From Corallochytrium limacisporum Hawaii (lineage: Eukaryota > Protista > Pluriformea), in NCBI GenBank assembly GCA_002811645.1, contig PDIP01000093.1:74790-138789 (forward strand): 64,000 nucleotides of DNA, in the 5' to 3' direction. Position 1 is the stretch's first letter; each line of letters starts with the position of its first letter. Of the stretch, positions 20,971 through 33,346 are shown piece by piece. The notes beneath the pieces are model-generated. The model saw only the letters and a list, made by a program, of their open reading frames with translations. It had not been told where the DNA came from and ran no database searches. A program made the position numbers and the translations under genes.

Positions 20971-21993
20971 TTACAGGGCAACTACACCCTGAGAGGCCAT
21001 GGCGGAAAGAGAAATCCACTCTTCAGAGTCATCATCAGCATAGTAGACACGGAACAGTCCCTTGACAGTATCAACGTGGGTCACCTTACCAACATAGTAC
21101 TCGCCATTTGTCCACATGACTTTGATGGACTTGCCAATGACACGCTTGTCGATGAAGAACTCATCGCGCGCAATGTCAACACGAGAACCATAGTAGTACT
21201 GGGCCACAGAGTCAAGGGTCTGTGCGGTAGGGGCGCCAATGGAAATCAGCTGCACCTGTGCAAGAATGTCTTCCAGAAGGACCTGAACGTAGATGTCGGT
21301 TTCGATCAATTCGTAGGGGCACAGTTGGGTAGCCCGCTCCATGATCTTATCAGATACACCATGCTTTTTGGACAAAATGTCATCGGGCCTCAAGAACAGA
21401 CGGCCGTAGAGCTTGCCCTTGGTTGCAACAACAATGCGGATCAGAGCACCACCAACCAGTTGCCAGTCCTTGCCCACGGCATCAGCTGAGCTTTGGGGCA
21501 GAATGGGAGTGTGGAAAGGGGCATCCATTACCTTAGCGTTACGCGGAGACAGCTCGTTGAGCTCCTCAGTCACCACATAAGAGCATGGAGGGTACAAATG
21601 TGCTTCCTCTTTGCAAGGGATCATGTACACCTCGTCAAGCTCGCTTTGGAAAGATACGCGACGAGTGGACTTCAAGTCTTCATCTTGCTCATCAACGAAC
21701 CTCATCTTCTTAAGCTTGGGCTCCATAAAAGAGGAAGAACGGTGAATCGACTTAGACTTGAGGCAAGAGCGGAGGGGCTTAGCCTCAAAACTGTCAGATT
21801 CATCGTCAAACGAATGTTCCCTCTTCAGGCCACTAAGGATAGGCTTTTCATCGCTTTCATAACCCGACAATGTATGATGGAACTTATAGTCTTCGAAATC
21901 AAACTCGACCTTAGCCATCTCGCTGATGGCGCCCGTGTCAATGAAATCTTCAAACTTCATGGTATCTGCGAAGCAAACGGAAGGTGGTACCAT
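20971..21993 (-). CDS. Unknown protein with PP1-docking-like motifs and C-terminal Tudor-like domain
   Basis: 340-aa ORF. RSCLK, KKMRF and RRVSF motifs; C-terminal VIGKSIKVMW-NGEYYVGKV---D---GLFRVYYADDDSEEWISL Tudor pattern. Confidence 0.7.
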   Translation of the reverse strand: MVPPSVCFADTMKFEDFIDTGAISEMAKVEFDFEDYKFHHTLSGYESDEKPILSGLKREHSFDDESDSFEAKPLRSCLKSKSIHRSSSFMEPKLKKMRFVDEQDEDLKSTRRVSFQSELDEVYMIPCKEEAHLYPPCSYVVTEELNELSPRNAKVMDAPFHTPILPQSSADAVGKDWQLVGGALIRIVVATKGKLYGRLFLRPDDILSKKHGVSDKIMERATQLCPYELIETDIYVQVLLEDILAQVQLISIGAPTAQTLDSVAQYYYGSRVDIARDEFFIDKRVIGKSIKVMWTNGEYYVGKVTHVDTVKGLFRVYYADDDSEEWISLSAMASQGVVAL

Positions 21994-24900
21994 GTTTGCT
22001 TATTTGTGTTTCTGTGTGTGTAAAAAATTTAACTCTATCGGCGATTCGGTAATAAATTCAGTCGAACTTTCCCTGCATAATACGAACCCGAATAGTTTTT
22101 GTTTTTGGTTTTGAGAAGTGCTCGTTTGTCTGTAAGTGATTTGTGTTTGTTTTTTCTTTAACTATGGATAATTTGATTAATGATATGAAGTTGAGTTTGG
22201 TCGTTGGAAAGATTCAGGTGAACCGACTCCAAAGGCACCACAAACTGCCTAGAGAGCGACCTGAAAAAATGATTTATATAATATAGGGTTGGCTGATCAC
22301 ACAAGGTGATTAACCACAATAAGTTTCAACGTCACAAATACGTTTATAATAAAAGTGATTACTTATTTCAAATAGCTACATAACTCGACAGAAGACTAGC
22401 ATGCCATAATAACAAATGGGGGCTTCAGCTACAATGGAATAAACCAATTTCTTGTCGGTGCATAGAGCGCAAAAAAGTTAAAAATATGGAAACAGCAAAC
22501 AAACGTAAAAATAGTACAGAGAACTTACAAATGGGCAACCCCCCAGCTTGTGCGCTCACCACCCCCTCTACCCCCTGTACTGCAGAAGTACCGAGCTGTG
22601 GAAGAACACTCCCGACCATGTGCTCGAATTTTCTAGTATATTCACTATAGAAAATGGGACCATTGTGGCAGTGACGGGAGCTGTCCATTTCCTGCACCAC
22701 AGGCAGTCGCCACGTACATTAAACCGGTGAGATAGGGGGGAAAGCCAAGACTTTCAAGACGCCCCCCCTTTCCCCCCTCGCTGATTTGACCAGCTACGAC
22801 AAGCACGCCGATAGGTCTCCTGACCAGTTCCCGTGCCGCTCACGTATATGAATTATACGTGTACTTTTTGCCCACTGTCCCCCAATTGTGTTATTTCTAG
22901 TCCATTTCTAACTTCTAACGTGGGTGGATTTGGGGGCCGTGTTCGCTCTCGATTCCTGTCTTTGCAGCCCGGGCCCCGTCCAAGCTTGACTTTCCCTTCT
23001 TCTGTCGCCTAACGTCTTTCCCCAGTTTTTTGTTTGGGGGGTAGCTTTGGTTCCGTGTTATCATACGTAACGAGATGCAAATCCCAATACATTTACTATA
23101 TATGCGGGACCCCCCATGTGACAGAGAACAATCGGGCGACCGTCGTCTGTTCTCTGGGGGAGGGGGGAGGGGGAGGGGGAGGGCAAGCGAGCCGCTGAAG
23201 CTTCAGTGCTCTTTCCCCTCCTGAACGTGTCACCTGGTGCTTGTTCCACACTACCACTGATCCGACGACCGACGGTGCTCACATGGAGGTTTCAACAGCA
23301 ATAGATTCACCATTGAAGTTTGCCCGTTTAGGAGAAGCTTGTGGCAAATTGACGTTTCACCTAGCGAACTGTTTCTGAACGTTACACAGACCACAGACGT
23401 GTAGGCAGAAGAGCGCCGCCCTCCCCCCTACACACGCCCGAGCATTGCCGACCTAAAATGAGGCCCCGTACTGGGTTCAGCTAGTTTTCTATCATATGTT
23501 GATTATGAAGAAAAGGCTGATGATTTCAACCACAGGGTCAACACAGGTCGCCTATTTGCCGCCGCGGTGATGTTGTTTGTCGCTTACTCCTCATCGCCGA
23601 GGCACATCCGCAGATCCCGATCCTGTTCAAGAATCCCATTTTATGGCAACAATCTCCGGTTTATAAAGTATAGAAATTGTATATTTATTGAAAGCACCGA
23701 GGTTGCTTACGTTCACCATCGGTATTCAATTTTGTGCTCTCGTTATCGAAAAAACTCGGAAGACTTACTGTCGTAAGGTCCCGTTTGCGCCGCGATGCTG
23801 GCCTGTTAATTTGTGTTCTGCATAGTCTTTTGTCATACATTTCCACCAATCCTTAACATTTACCGCTGTCGGTTCATAGTCTTCTCGCGCTGCTGATATG
23901 ACCGGTGCTGGCACTGTGGAGAGACAGGAGGTATCTTGAAACCGATTTCTTCTGAACGTCAGTAAAGGTTTGGCATATACATTGAGGAACACACCGGCAG
24001 CCTTCGAAAGTTGGCAGCCCGAAAAAAATCTTTTTATCTGTTGTGCAACAGCAAAGAGAAGCAATTTACAATAGCTGTCAGCATTCATTCTAAGGGAGGG
24101 GCGGGATGTGTCTGATTATTGAAACGTGTTTTCTTGGTCGCTCTAAATCACACTGACCGTACCTTAATGTTGCTATATGTCTTCGCCACGAGGCGCGATT
24201 GCAGGTCGGACAAACCAGCGGAATTTTCCATGACTCGCCCGATACTGCGGAACTAATAAATACACACAAACTGTCCCTGGCTAAGCAAGATTGATAGTTT
24301 AAGAAAGCTACCGCACCTCGGGGAAGCAGGGATAACGACCATAAATTTTCGCGGCAATTGATGTCGCTGCTTGCTCGGAAGCGACCAATCATTGGATCCA
24401 GTGTCCAATAGCACACACCCACTTGTCCGCACATAGGGTTGTCTGATTCATAGGTAAACGTGCAGACCATGCCATAGTCTTTGTTACAAGAGGCTTATAT
24501 GCTTGGGGTGATCATGGCCTAATATCACTCCAGAATGCATTAGGCGAATATTACACACCCTCAAAGTTTAATTTATGGGGGTCAGACGCATAAATGATGT
24601 AGCTACCTTCACAGGCGTCTCATGACTATGTGAATGAGTGGGAAAATAATAGGAATGACACACTGTATTGCAATACTTTCTGTGTCAATTTGAGTCTACG
24701 CCCTCCACAGCAATGCCGTTCGAGCTAACTTTTTGAAACAAATGTACGGGACGGTGAAGCGATCTGGGAAGAAAATTTCTTCACCTTCCTGGACCCCAAC
24801 AGGTTTGGATTCTCAGCAGTCGAATTGTTGGATGCACGGCGGCCCTAAGTCCTGCCCTTTGGGACCGAGGTCTTGGGAAAGTTGTTGCAAAAAATTCTCC

Positions 24901-27900
24901 GAAAATTCTTCTTTGTGCCCACCTGCGTTCAACGAGTTTAGCTAGTCTTTCGCACCTGTGTCGTTGCATGTGGAGAGGGCGGGAGGAAAACGCCCATCGG
25001 CCTTCTCGTCGTTGTACCAGACCTTGTCCTATAGTAAGGCAACGAAAGTTCTCGGAATTCTCTTTGGCTTTCCTTCCATTGTCGGTGTCTCCGTTGGAGA
25101 CACGACAAGCGCCCAACCGAAAAGAAAAGTACGAAACGAATGGAGGCGACGTTGGTTCGAATCCCGGGGCCAGAGCGCATAATTGGGTAAACCCGCCCTG
25201 GGCCATCCCTCTCCCACCCCTCCACAAGCCGCTTGCGCCTGCCACAGCTTCGCTCGTTAGACGAGCAATATACCAAAAGCGGCTGCTGACTAGGTGGACT
25301 CTGTCGGTTCGACACGGAAGCCTTCTGTTTTCTTCTTCCGTATGCGTTTCCGTTCCATTGACCCAGGTGCTCCCTCACGGGTCTGGAGACTGAATGAGGT
25401 CAATAGTAGAGACGTCCGTGCTTGTTCACAAATTGAGTTGTGGGGTCGGCCGACCAGTCTACCACGACACGATTCGCAGGCACGCGAGTGGGGCGGTTCC
25501 ACCGTGTGCACTGTGTCATTCGTCTGTGGGATGAGACTCGAACCCACACGATCTACAGAGGAACGGAGCAATCCGCAGCGACAGATCCATAATGAACCCA
25601 CCTGCACCTTTGACTGTGTTCAACGTTTTGGGCCCTTTGTGAGGGAAGGCCCCACTCATCGCTTGGGAAGGTGATCCCACACTCGAGTCCTCCGGGCGGA
25701 ACAGAGAACAAATGCGAAGGAGGAAACGATAATCACCACAGTAGCCATGAACCCTTACGGTAGGAATGTATGGGTGCACCAGGTGTCCACGGCACGTAAA
25801 CTTTGGATGTCAGGGCGGCACAGGGTCAAGTGTATGAAATGTGACAATTGTCCCGCAAGCCGTGTTGTGTTTGCGATGAACAGTCATGCAGAGCATGTTG
25901 TGCAAAGCTTGCTAGGCGATCTTCGAAGTTTCAGATATTTTCATTTTCGAACACTTCAAGGACCACTCCGGCTCGAGCCGAACACTTTCGAACGAATTCA
26001 CCAGTATTCTTGTGGTCGTACAAAGATCTTCGCTACTCGACCCGTCGATTGGGTTAGTTTCTCTGCAGGTGTGGGCAACTAGTAAACAAACTGTTCAGAC
26101 TGAGCGTTCTTGTGAACCTAGTTGGGGTGTATCTCGACCAGGCGTGGAAAAGAGAGGAGGGGTGTGGGTGTGGAACGGCAGGACTTGGCGTGTTCAAGAC
26201 GTGGGTTCCTGCTCGCCTCTGCAACGTGAACGTACGGATTCGCGTGATGGCTTGCACTTTCATTATATTTGAATGCGGGATGCAAGATATCGCAAAAGAT
26301 CCGACCGACGCCACTGGGAGACGATAAGGAAACCAGGTGATATCTGAGCAATTGTCCTCTCGCATTGAATTAGTTTCCGTTTTCTTTAGCCCGATCGGGC
26401 AGCACGCGCGCTGGGAGTACTACTTCGGCTCAGGTGTTTAGTGACCCAGGAAAGGTAGTGACAGATTTGACGTAGAATCGCAGACGTTTGTGTTATCGTG
26501 TAACCAACCGTCAACGTCACCGAACCCGTGCTTTTTGGGTCGGAAAATCCATAGTAATAGCCAGCAGCTCCCGAAAATATGGATGAAGATTATCTACAAA
26601 CGTAGAAGGGTCAGTACACGTATCGCATAAAATTACCTTCTCGTCCAAAGGATAAGAACTAGGTTCAGTTTGATCAGATGGTTGCAAGTTTTCCAAAGTG
26701 GAAAAGTTTCCAAGCCTTGGGGCCATATTTTATCAACCACTACCCAGATTTCGAGCATGTGCTTTTAAGGATCTCCTTATCAACAACCGCGGTCCACTAA
26801 CGGTCACTGAGTACGTATGAAAGTGATAATTGCCAACGATCAGCGTGACTGGATGTCGAGCGTTTAGTAGATAGCCGGGGTACTAACAGAGGCGAATATT
26901 GTAAGTCTGTGGACTGCTTTCATTTTCTCGCATAAATGAGTGTCAGAAACTTGTCCGCGGTGAGTGGACGTAGGGGTGTATCCACACCCGAGGGTGTCCT
27001 CCACGGCAGGCCATGTTGGCACGTTCTGATTGGTCGAAAATTATTTGTTCAATATTAGATTTTCTAACTTTATACTGCCTCCCTTTCTCAACTTGTAACT
27101 TACCCAATTCAGAAGGTCTTGATTATCAGCAGGCGCGGGTAATTGATCTCTCCCGTTTTTCATCGCCTGGGCTCCCGATCCTTTTGTTCCCCAACGAAGT
27201 GTGTGAGAGAGTCGGTGATGTTGTGGATGGTGACGATTTTCACCAAGGAGACTTCTACCTACCATACCAATTTTTACGCCAAGACGCAAGTTGTAGGTCG
27301 CAAGAAACAAATAAATTTAGCCTGAGGTCGAGGCTTAAAGAAACTTGTGAGCAAGTCGAGGTATGTGCCCCCAAACTGCTACGACCTCGGCGCTTGTTTT
27401 AAGCAACGGGAGACTGCTACGCACCCTCGCTGCACGCTGGTTCGCGCTGTGACAAAAGTAAAGCCCCTCCGGACCTTCTGGTGCCTAACGGTGGCGGCAA
27501 GATGTTCTTCTGTCTCACTGTCACGGAGCAAGTACGCACGGGCAAGGAGTACCGTGCGATTCAAAACGCTGTAGAACTATTCTGTGAAACTTGACACAGG
27601 GAACTTTGAACGAATAGACAAAGGATCAGGAATAGGAAGAAGTATGTGAATTTCAGAGGGACACACGATACGGAGATCACTTGAGAGACCAGCGACATTT
27701 CATCGAAGGGTTCCATATCCCATCAGTGTTTCGTGAAGGTGTTAGAAAAAGTTCCCTAATATGGGTACGTTGAAAGAAGGATTGAGCGCATGACAATCAA
27801 GATGTGAAAAAACAGGGAACGCTGGAAAAGGGGAGGGCACACTCGAGTGCAGAGGACGGAAAGGGAGGGAGCCCTGGAACGTGTAGTGTTTGGCAATTTT

Positions 27901-30900
27901 GATGAGGTTCAAGAGACGCGATGAGGGGCGCCACAAAGGAGGAGGAACAAGCAATCCCCGCACTCAAGAGGAACGAAGAGTCCACTGTCCGTCGCCCGTT
28001 GTGGGTTTTTAGAAATTGGCGCGCATTTGCAAATTTTGTCCGTTGGCGTCGCGGTGCACCATGTGCTCAAACTGATCTCTATACTGAAAGTATTGAGTTG
28101 CTCTGAAATTGTTACGGGCTTCTGCAACTGTTTGAGATGTTGGGTGTGGAAAAACATCATTAACATTTCGCGCGTTTTCTTCACCTAGCTGGGACTGCTA
28201 CAGCACCTGCTTTTTTGCTTGTCTTACTGCCTGTGAATTTGTGGTTGTTTGAGATAGTATTGACAAGAGCTCTCCCTCCAGCCCTCAATGTGTGGAATAA
28301 AGCCTGTCGCAGTGTTCGTCCCTGATCTGCAATTTGCTTGCGGGGTGTGGAAATGTGGTAGTGGAGAAGGCTTGGGGAAAGGAACGGGCACAGACAGTCA
28401 GAGATAAGGAAGAAACCGAGCATGCACCGTAGGGATTCGCGCACACGGACCGTCGCATCAGGGTGACTTAGTGAAAAAATATTGCTGAGAGGACTTTCTC
28501 CTTCTATATCCAATATAGAAAATATGAAAAAGGAAAGACCAAACATATTGTTGACCATTGTTGGATTACAAGTGGGAATTTCTAAAGAGAAGCGGAAAGT
28601 AACCTTCAGATCACACACACACAGAGAATGAAGAGCGATAAGAATCACTGGTTTGTGTACTCGTTTATCGCCGCTTGTGTGCGCGGCAAAGGTCCCTTTC
28701 AAGCAAGTTTAACATGGTGGCCGTGTGTGAGATGAAGCAAATTCCATTGAATCACAGTGGGCTTTGGGATTGTATGAATACGAACTATGAGAGAAGTGCC
28801 AACACAACTAAGACAAGTGTTGATCAATTCTTTGTGTTGAACATGTCACCTGCATAGGATACAGCGGTTCTGGGTGCAGCATGAGCAGAAAGTAGCAGTA
28901 GAAACATATAGTAAGTTGAGTCACGCCTCGCCGGATCTCATTGTCGCTCGTTCCGATGTTCGATGTCTTGGGGTTGAAAGAAGGTGAAAACATCAACCAC
29001 ACTTTCATAGATAGCTCTCCGATGAATCCGTTTACATAATCGCTGTATGTTGCCGTACACCAAGTGTTTCCCACACATACGAAATACGTGTCTGCGAAGT
29101 TTGTCACCACTCAGTTCGCCTTTCGGAGCTGAGTACCTTGACCAACAGAGTGCTATTCAGGAAAGGTGACTTGAGCATATGAATGTACGCATAAAACACT
29201 GAAATCGTTTTAGGTAAGTTCCCACCTACCTCGGTTCCTTGCTGTCAAGTTCAGTCACAGGGGTATCGAAACATCGAGGCTTTTTATCGGAAATAATGTC
29301 GATCAGTGATTACTGAGCAAGATGTCACGGAAATCCAATAATTGTATTTTTTTGCCATGTTTGGCACATCTAATAATATTTGTTGGTAATTGTTTGTTTG
29401 GGGGAATTCATCATGGGTTAGAAAAAATAGGAAAAACATCATTTGTGTTATCTGTTGAAGCTCGCTTGTCAGATCCGTAGAAGAAAATATGGGCTGAGTA
29501 GAGAAGACGTTTATCGACCTCTGGGAGGTTTTCATCAACCCACATATCAGAACTACAGACACACTAATTCTTTTCCCCAAGCAACTCCCGATCTTTCCGT
29601 CAAATGAATAGTATAGACCCGAAATCTGACACGTAGAATACATATGACTCCCCCCAAATTTACCTGAGTGCGGAGAATAATTCTTTTGAGGGGTGAGACG
29701 CCAACATGCGGAAGTGATCGTTCGAAAAGTGAGACAGTGAGAAACGGGGAAAGGTCGCTTTTCCTTCGCACACGCCGAGGCCAAAGATTCTTTCAGTCGC
29801 TACCACTAAAATCATTGCCTACTGTCTTAATATGAAATGAACTGGCATGAAGGATTGCCGTCTGGACCTTCATCTTTTGCAGCACCATGTGGCCTGTAGT
29901 CTGCGTTGCCGGCCCACAAGAAAATATAACAGGAGCGGGCGGGCGGCATACGTGTTCCTCCACCTGACGGGATGGTAGACCTAATAAAGAAAAACTGTAT
30001 GCACTCTGGATGGGGTGGCAGACTTGTGCGTGTGGTCGTCCGTCTGCTTAGCCAACCACGAGTTGGTAGTTCACAGCGTGGAAAATTGCGGTTTTTTAGC
30101 TATGGATCGATCTCCGGGAAGCGGACACACTTGAGAACGGCCGATTGTTTTTCAATGTACTATGCGCATTATGAAAATCACACATCTGGCAGACCACCTC
30201 CTGACACTCCAGTGTTGACAAGATGTTACAGCTCCAGGAACGATCCAGGGCGCCGATATGTCAGCTGGCACAGTACCTCTCCGATGTGTTTTGAACAGAG
30301 TATGTCATGTGTGGAACATGACACGTCTCTGCGCATATGGCCATGTTTAGCAGACAACCCTGTTCTTCCTTTGTTCCGCCAAGGACCCGTCCTTTTCATC
30401 ACTTTGTTCCACTGCAAGAACTCTATTGCGCTATCAATCACGGCCGTACCCGCTCCTGACAGGTCCCTGATGTTTGTGTCCTCCCGTCCATCCCATAGTG
30501 CTTGTATGTCCAAATTGCTGTCGCTCTAGGTACACACTCCTTTTTGGTGACGAATCAAGGACACCGATCGCTGATAAAAACGAAACAGAGACATAGCAGG
30601 GAGTACCCTCCTGGGTTGTCTTTTTGTTGCAAAACAAACGGGCTTGGTTCGGACAGCTGCTGCCCACTGCGCTTTATTCTCATCAGCTCTGCTCCACCCC
30701 TGGCTCCCCTTCCATGCGCCTAATGGTTCTGCCAACGAGATACGTGTCTCCTCCTCCCCGCCCCCCTCCCCCCCTCTCCCCCTCTTGGGGGACCCTTTCC
30801 CCCCCCCCTCGCCTTATAGTGTCCCAGTCCGTCCCCGGCCTCTGCTCCGATTCCTTTGTTCCCGAACAAACATCTTCAGCACCCTCCAACACCAAACCCT

Positions 30901-31212
30901 AATAACAAATAACTGATACCCTAAAACATGTTTAGTAATAATTAGGGCATCAGGTTTTCCTTCGAGCGGCTCAAAAATCCCTGTTGGTAGTGAATGCATG
31001 GGGACCAGTCTATTCCCATAGTTCCAAGGGAGGATCCGACTGAAGCTGTGACCCATCTTCCCCGCAACTCCAGCGGGGTGGGGGACTTTGGTTGCAAAAG
31101 GGTTGGAATCATTTTCGAGCGGCTATTTTGGGGCATTGTCAATTCTTGTTTGGGTTTGAGAGATTTTGCATGGTCTCGAACAAGTGTACACGTCACTTAC
31201 GATTTTGCCGCT

Positions 31213-31950
31213 ATGGCCACCAATGGAATCAAGCGGGCCGCCGCACAAAACGGAAGCGAGTATCCGGAGGAACATCCCCGGACTCTCATCCCAGAGTTGT
31301 GCCGTCAATTCTACCACCTGGGGTGGGTTACTGGCACGGGGGGCGGCATCTCCATGAAACACGATGGCCACTACTACATCGCACCTTCAGGAGTCCAGAA
31401 GGAGCGCATATTGGACGAGGATCTCTTCGAATTGGATCTTGAGGAAGAGGTCCTTGCGGCACCACCGGAGTACAAAAAGTTCAGGCCCAGCCAATGCACT
31501 CCTCTGTTCATGTGCGCTTATGAGCTGCGTGGTGCAGGAGCCGTCATCCACACCCATTCCCAGCACGCGGTGATGGCTACTCTGATGTGGGACAAGGAGT
31601 TCACCATCACCCATCAGGAAATGATCAAAGGAATCCGTGACGACGAGAAGGGTGCCATGTTCGGGTACCATGACTCCATCACTATCCCCATTATTGACAA
31701 TACAGCGCACGAACGTGATCTTCGGGACAGCTTGCGCGAGGCTATGATCAAGTATCCCAAGGCATCCGCTGTTCTTGTCCGTCGCCACGGTGTATACGTC
31801 TGGGGACCCACCTGGCAGCAGGCCAAAACCATCTGCGAGAACTATGACTACTTGTTCCAGATGGCCTCCCGTATGCGTCAGATTGGCATGGACCCTACCA
31901 AGAAACCTGCCTGTGACTTCTGCGACGGCGTCGAAGGCGCAAAGCCCTGA
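31213..31950 (+). CDS. APIP: Methylthioribulose-1-phosphate dehydratase (methionine salvage)
   Basis: [64 protein letters not shown]. Confidence 0.97.
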   Translation: MATNGIKRAAAQNGSEYPEEHPRTLIPELCRQFYHLGWVTGTGGGISMKHDGHYYIAPSGVQKERILDEDLFELDLEEEVLAAPPEYKKFRPSQCTPLFMCAYELRGAGAVIHTHSQHAVMATLMWDKEFTITHQEMIKGIRDDEKGAMFGYHDSITIPIIDNTAHERDLRDSLREAMIKYPKASAVLVRRHGVYVWGPTWQQAKTICENYDYLFQMASRMRQIGMDPTKKPACDFCDGVEGAKP

Positions 31951-32634
31951 ACAGGAGCGTGTACCATAATACATTACATTTACTTAGTTTGAGATTCGTA
32001 CCGTCCATCAACCCACACCCAGTCCACAGAAACGTGCAATTGCCATAAACAGCCTCTGATTCTAGTAGAATATGAAACAAATATTTCTTTTGATTCAAAA
32101 TGTATTTTAGTGCCCCCCCCCAACCCCCCCACCCCCATTGTCTCCTGTACGTCGGCACGCACTGTTAGCCACAACCGCAACCGGTGGTGTTTGGAAGGGG
32201 GAGCCCCCCTGAGGGAGAGGGGGGGTGGGGGTTTTGGCCCCGTGAGGTCATATATGTCTGGGTGGAGGAGGGGGAGGCCCAAGGGAACCAGCACACCGGA
32301 ATGCATCTTCGTTCCATCGATTTTGAGGACGAGACTTGTGGACTGGACATGCAGTCTTAGGTGAGCAAACAGATTTATGACATTAATGGACAGGTAGCAA
32401 GTGTGTTTATTCAATATATGCGTATGACGGGTAGTAAAGATCCAGTAGTCAACGACGCATAGAGAAAAGGGACCGATTGAGACAGAATACGACAGAATGG
32501 ACATCAGAGTATAGTTGGAAGGTATAGCCCTCTTTTAGTCCAAGACTATCGATCTCTGAGTGAACCCATATTCACCAGAAATTCATTAGGTAAAGAATAC
32601 TGTTCGACGGAAAGTAAACAAAAACTTGAACACC

Positions 32635-33123
32635 ATGAACACAGTCACTGGACGGATCCTGGCGTCGCGGGGTCTGCGTCAGGTGGTGAATAGAAACGTA
32701 GGTGCATGGCACACACCTGTTCTTGCTCAGTGTGCTAGCACAAGGAACGTGGCTTTGCGTAACTTTACAACGGGAAGCAGTATCAAGTTTGACACCCAAC
32801 GTGGAGGTGCCGATAAGACTGGCGATGCTGAGTACAAGTGGGATGGGGTATCTCCTATCGAGTTTTCCAAGACGAAAGCAGCCGGTCTGCGGCTTGAAGA
32901 CACAACCTATGGCTACGACAAGCCTCTGACCTGGTGGCAGAAGCTCATGGTGGCCTCTTTTGGTGCACTCTTTGCTGCGATTGTGTGGAGTATTGTGTCA
33001 GATCGTGCCAAGGGCAAGGAGAGCTACGCGTATCAGATGGCCGAGGCTGCAAAACGGGAGCGTGAGATCGCCTTGGATATAGAGAAGCAACGTATTGAAG
33101 ACCAGAGCACGGGACGTAATTAA
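32635..33123 (+). CDS. Small single-pass mitochondrial protein, CCSMST1/UQCC4 (C16orf91)-like
   Basis: Arg-rich presequence, then PIEFSKTKAA...WWQKL and a TM helix, resembling my recollection of the CCSMST1 family (PIxFSxSKA...PWW/YQ-TM). Confidence 0.55.
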   Translation: MNTVTGRILASRGLRQVVNRNVGAWHTPVLAQCASTRNVALRNFTTGSSIKFDTQRGGADKTGDAEYKWDGVSPIEFSKTKAAGLRLEDTTYGYDKPLTWWQKLMVASFGALFAAIVWSIVSDRAKGKESYAYQMAEAAKREREIALDIEKQRIEDQSTGRN

Positions 33124-33346
33124 CCGAGCCCGGCTAGGTCAAGCTGATGATGTCTTAGCACAATTGACGCACACCACCCTCTGAATTAAGTCCTGCAGAG
33201 CTTAGAAGTCTCAACTGATAAACACTGTTTTATACAAATGGTATACTATCAATATCTTGGTCAATTATGTTTCCATTATATTTTTAATGCTGTGTGCTTG
33301 GCGTGATATTTTGTCTGGACGGCTAACGATGGTGACAACGTCGCAC

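Noticed and set aside
25145-25175. GGTTCGAATCCC B-box, possible tRNA
   Set aside because: The T-stem does not pair and no acceptor, D or anticodon arms can be built.
25520-25560. Minus-strand GTGGGTTCGAGTCTCAT T-arm-like hairpin
   Set aside because: No matching 5' half or acceptor strand was found upstream.
30000-30513. LRR-like and BACK-like peptide snippets on the minus strand
   Set aside because: Too short and degenerate to support without a search.
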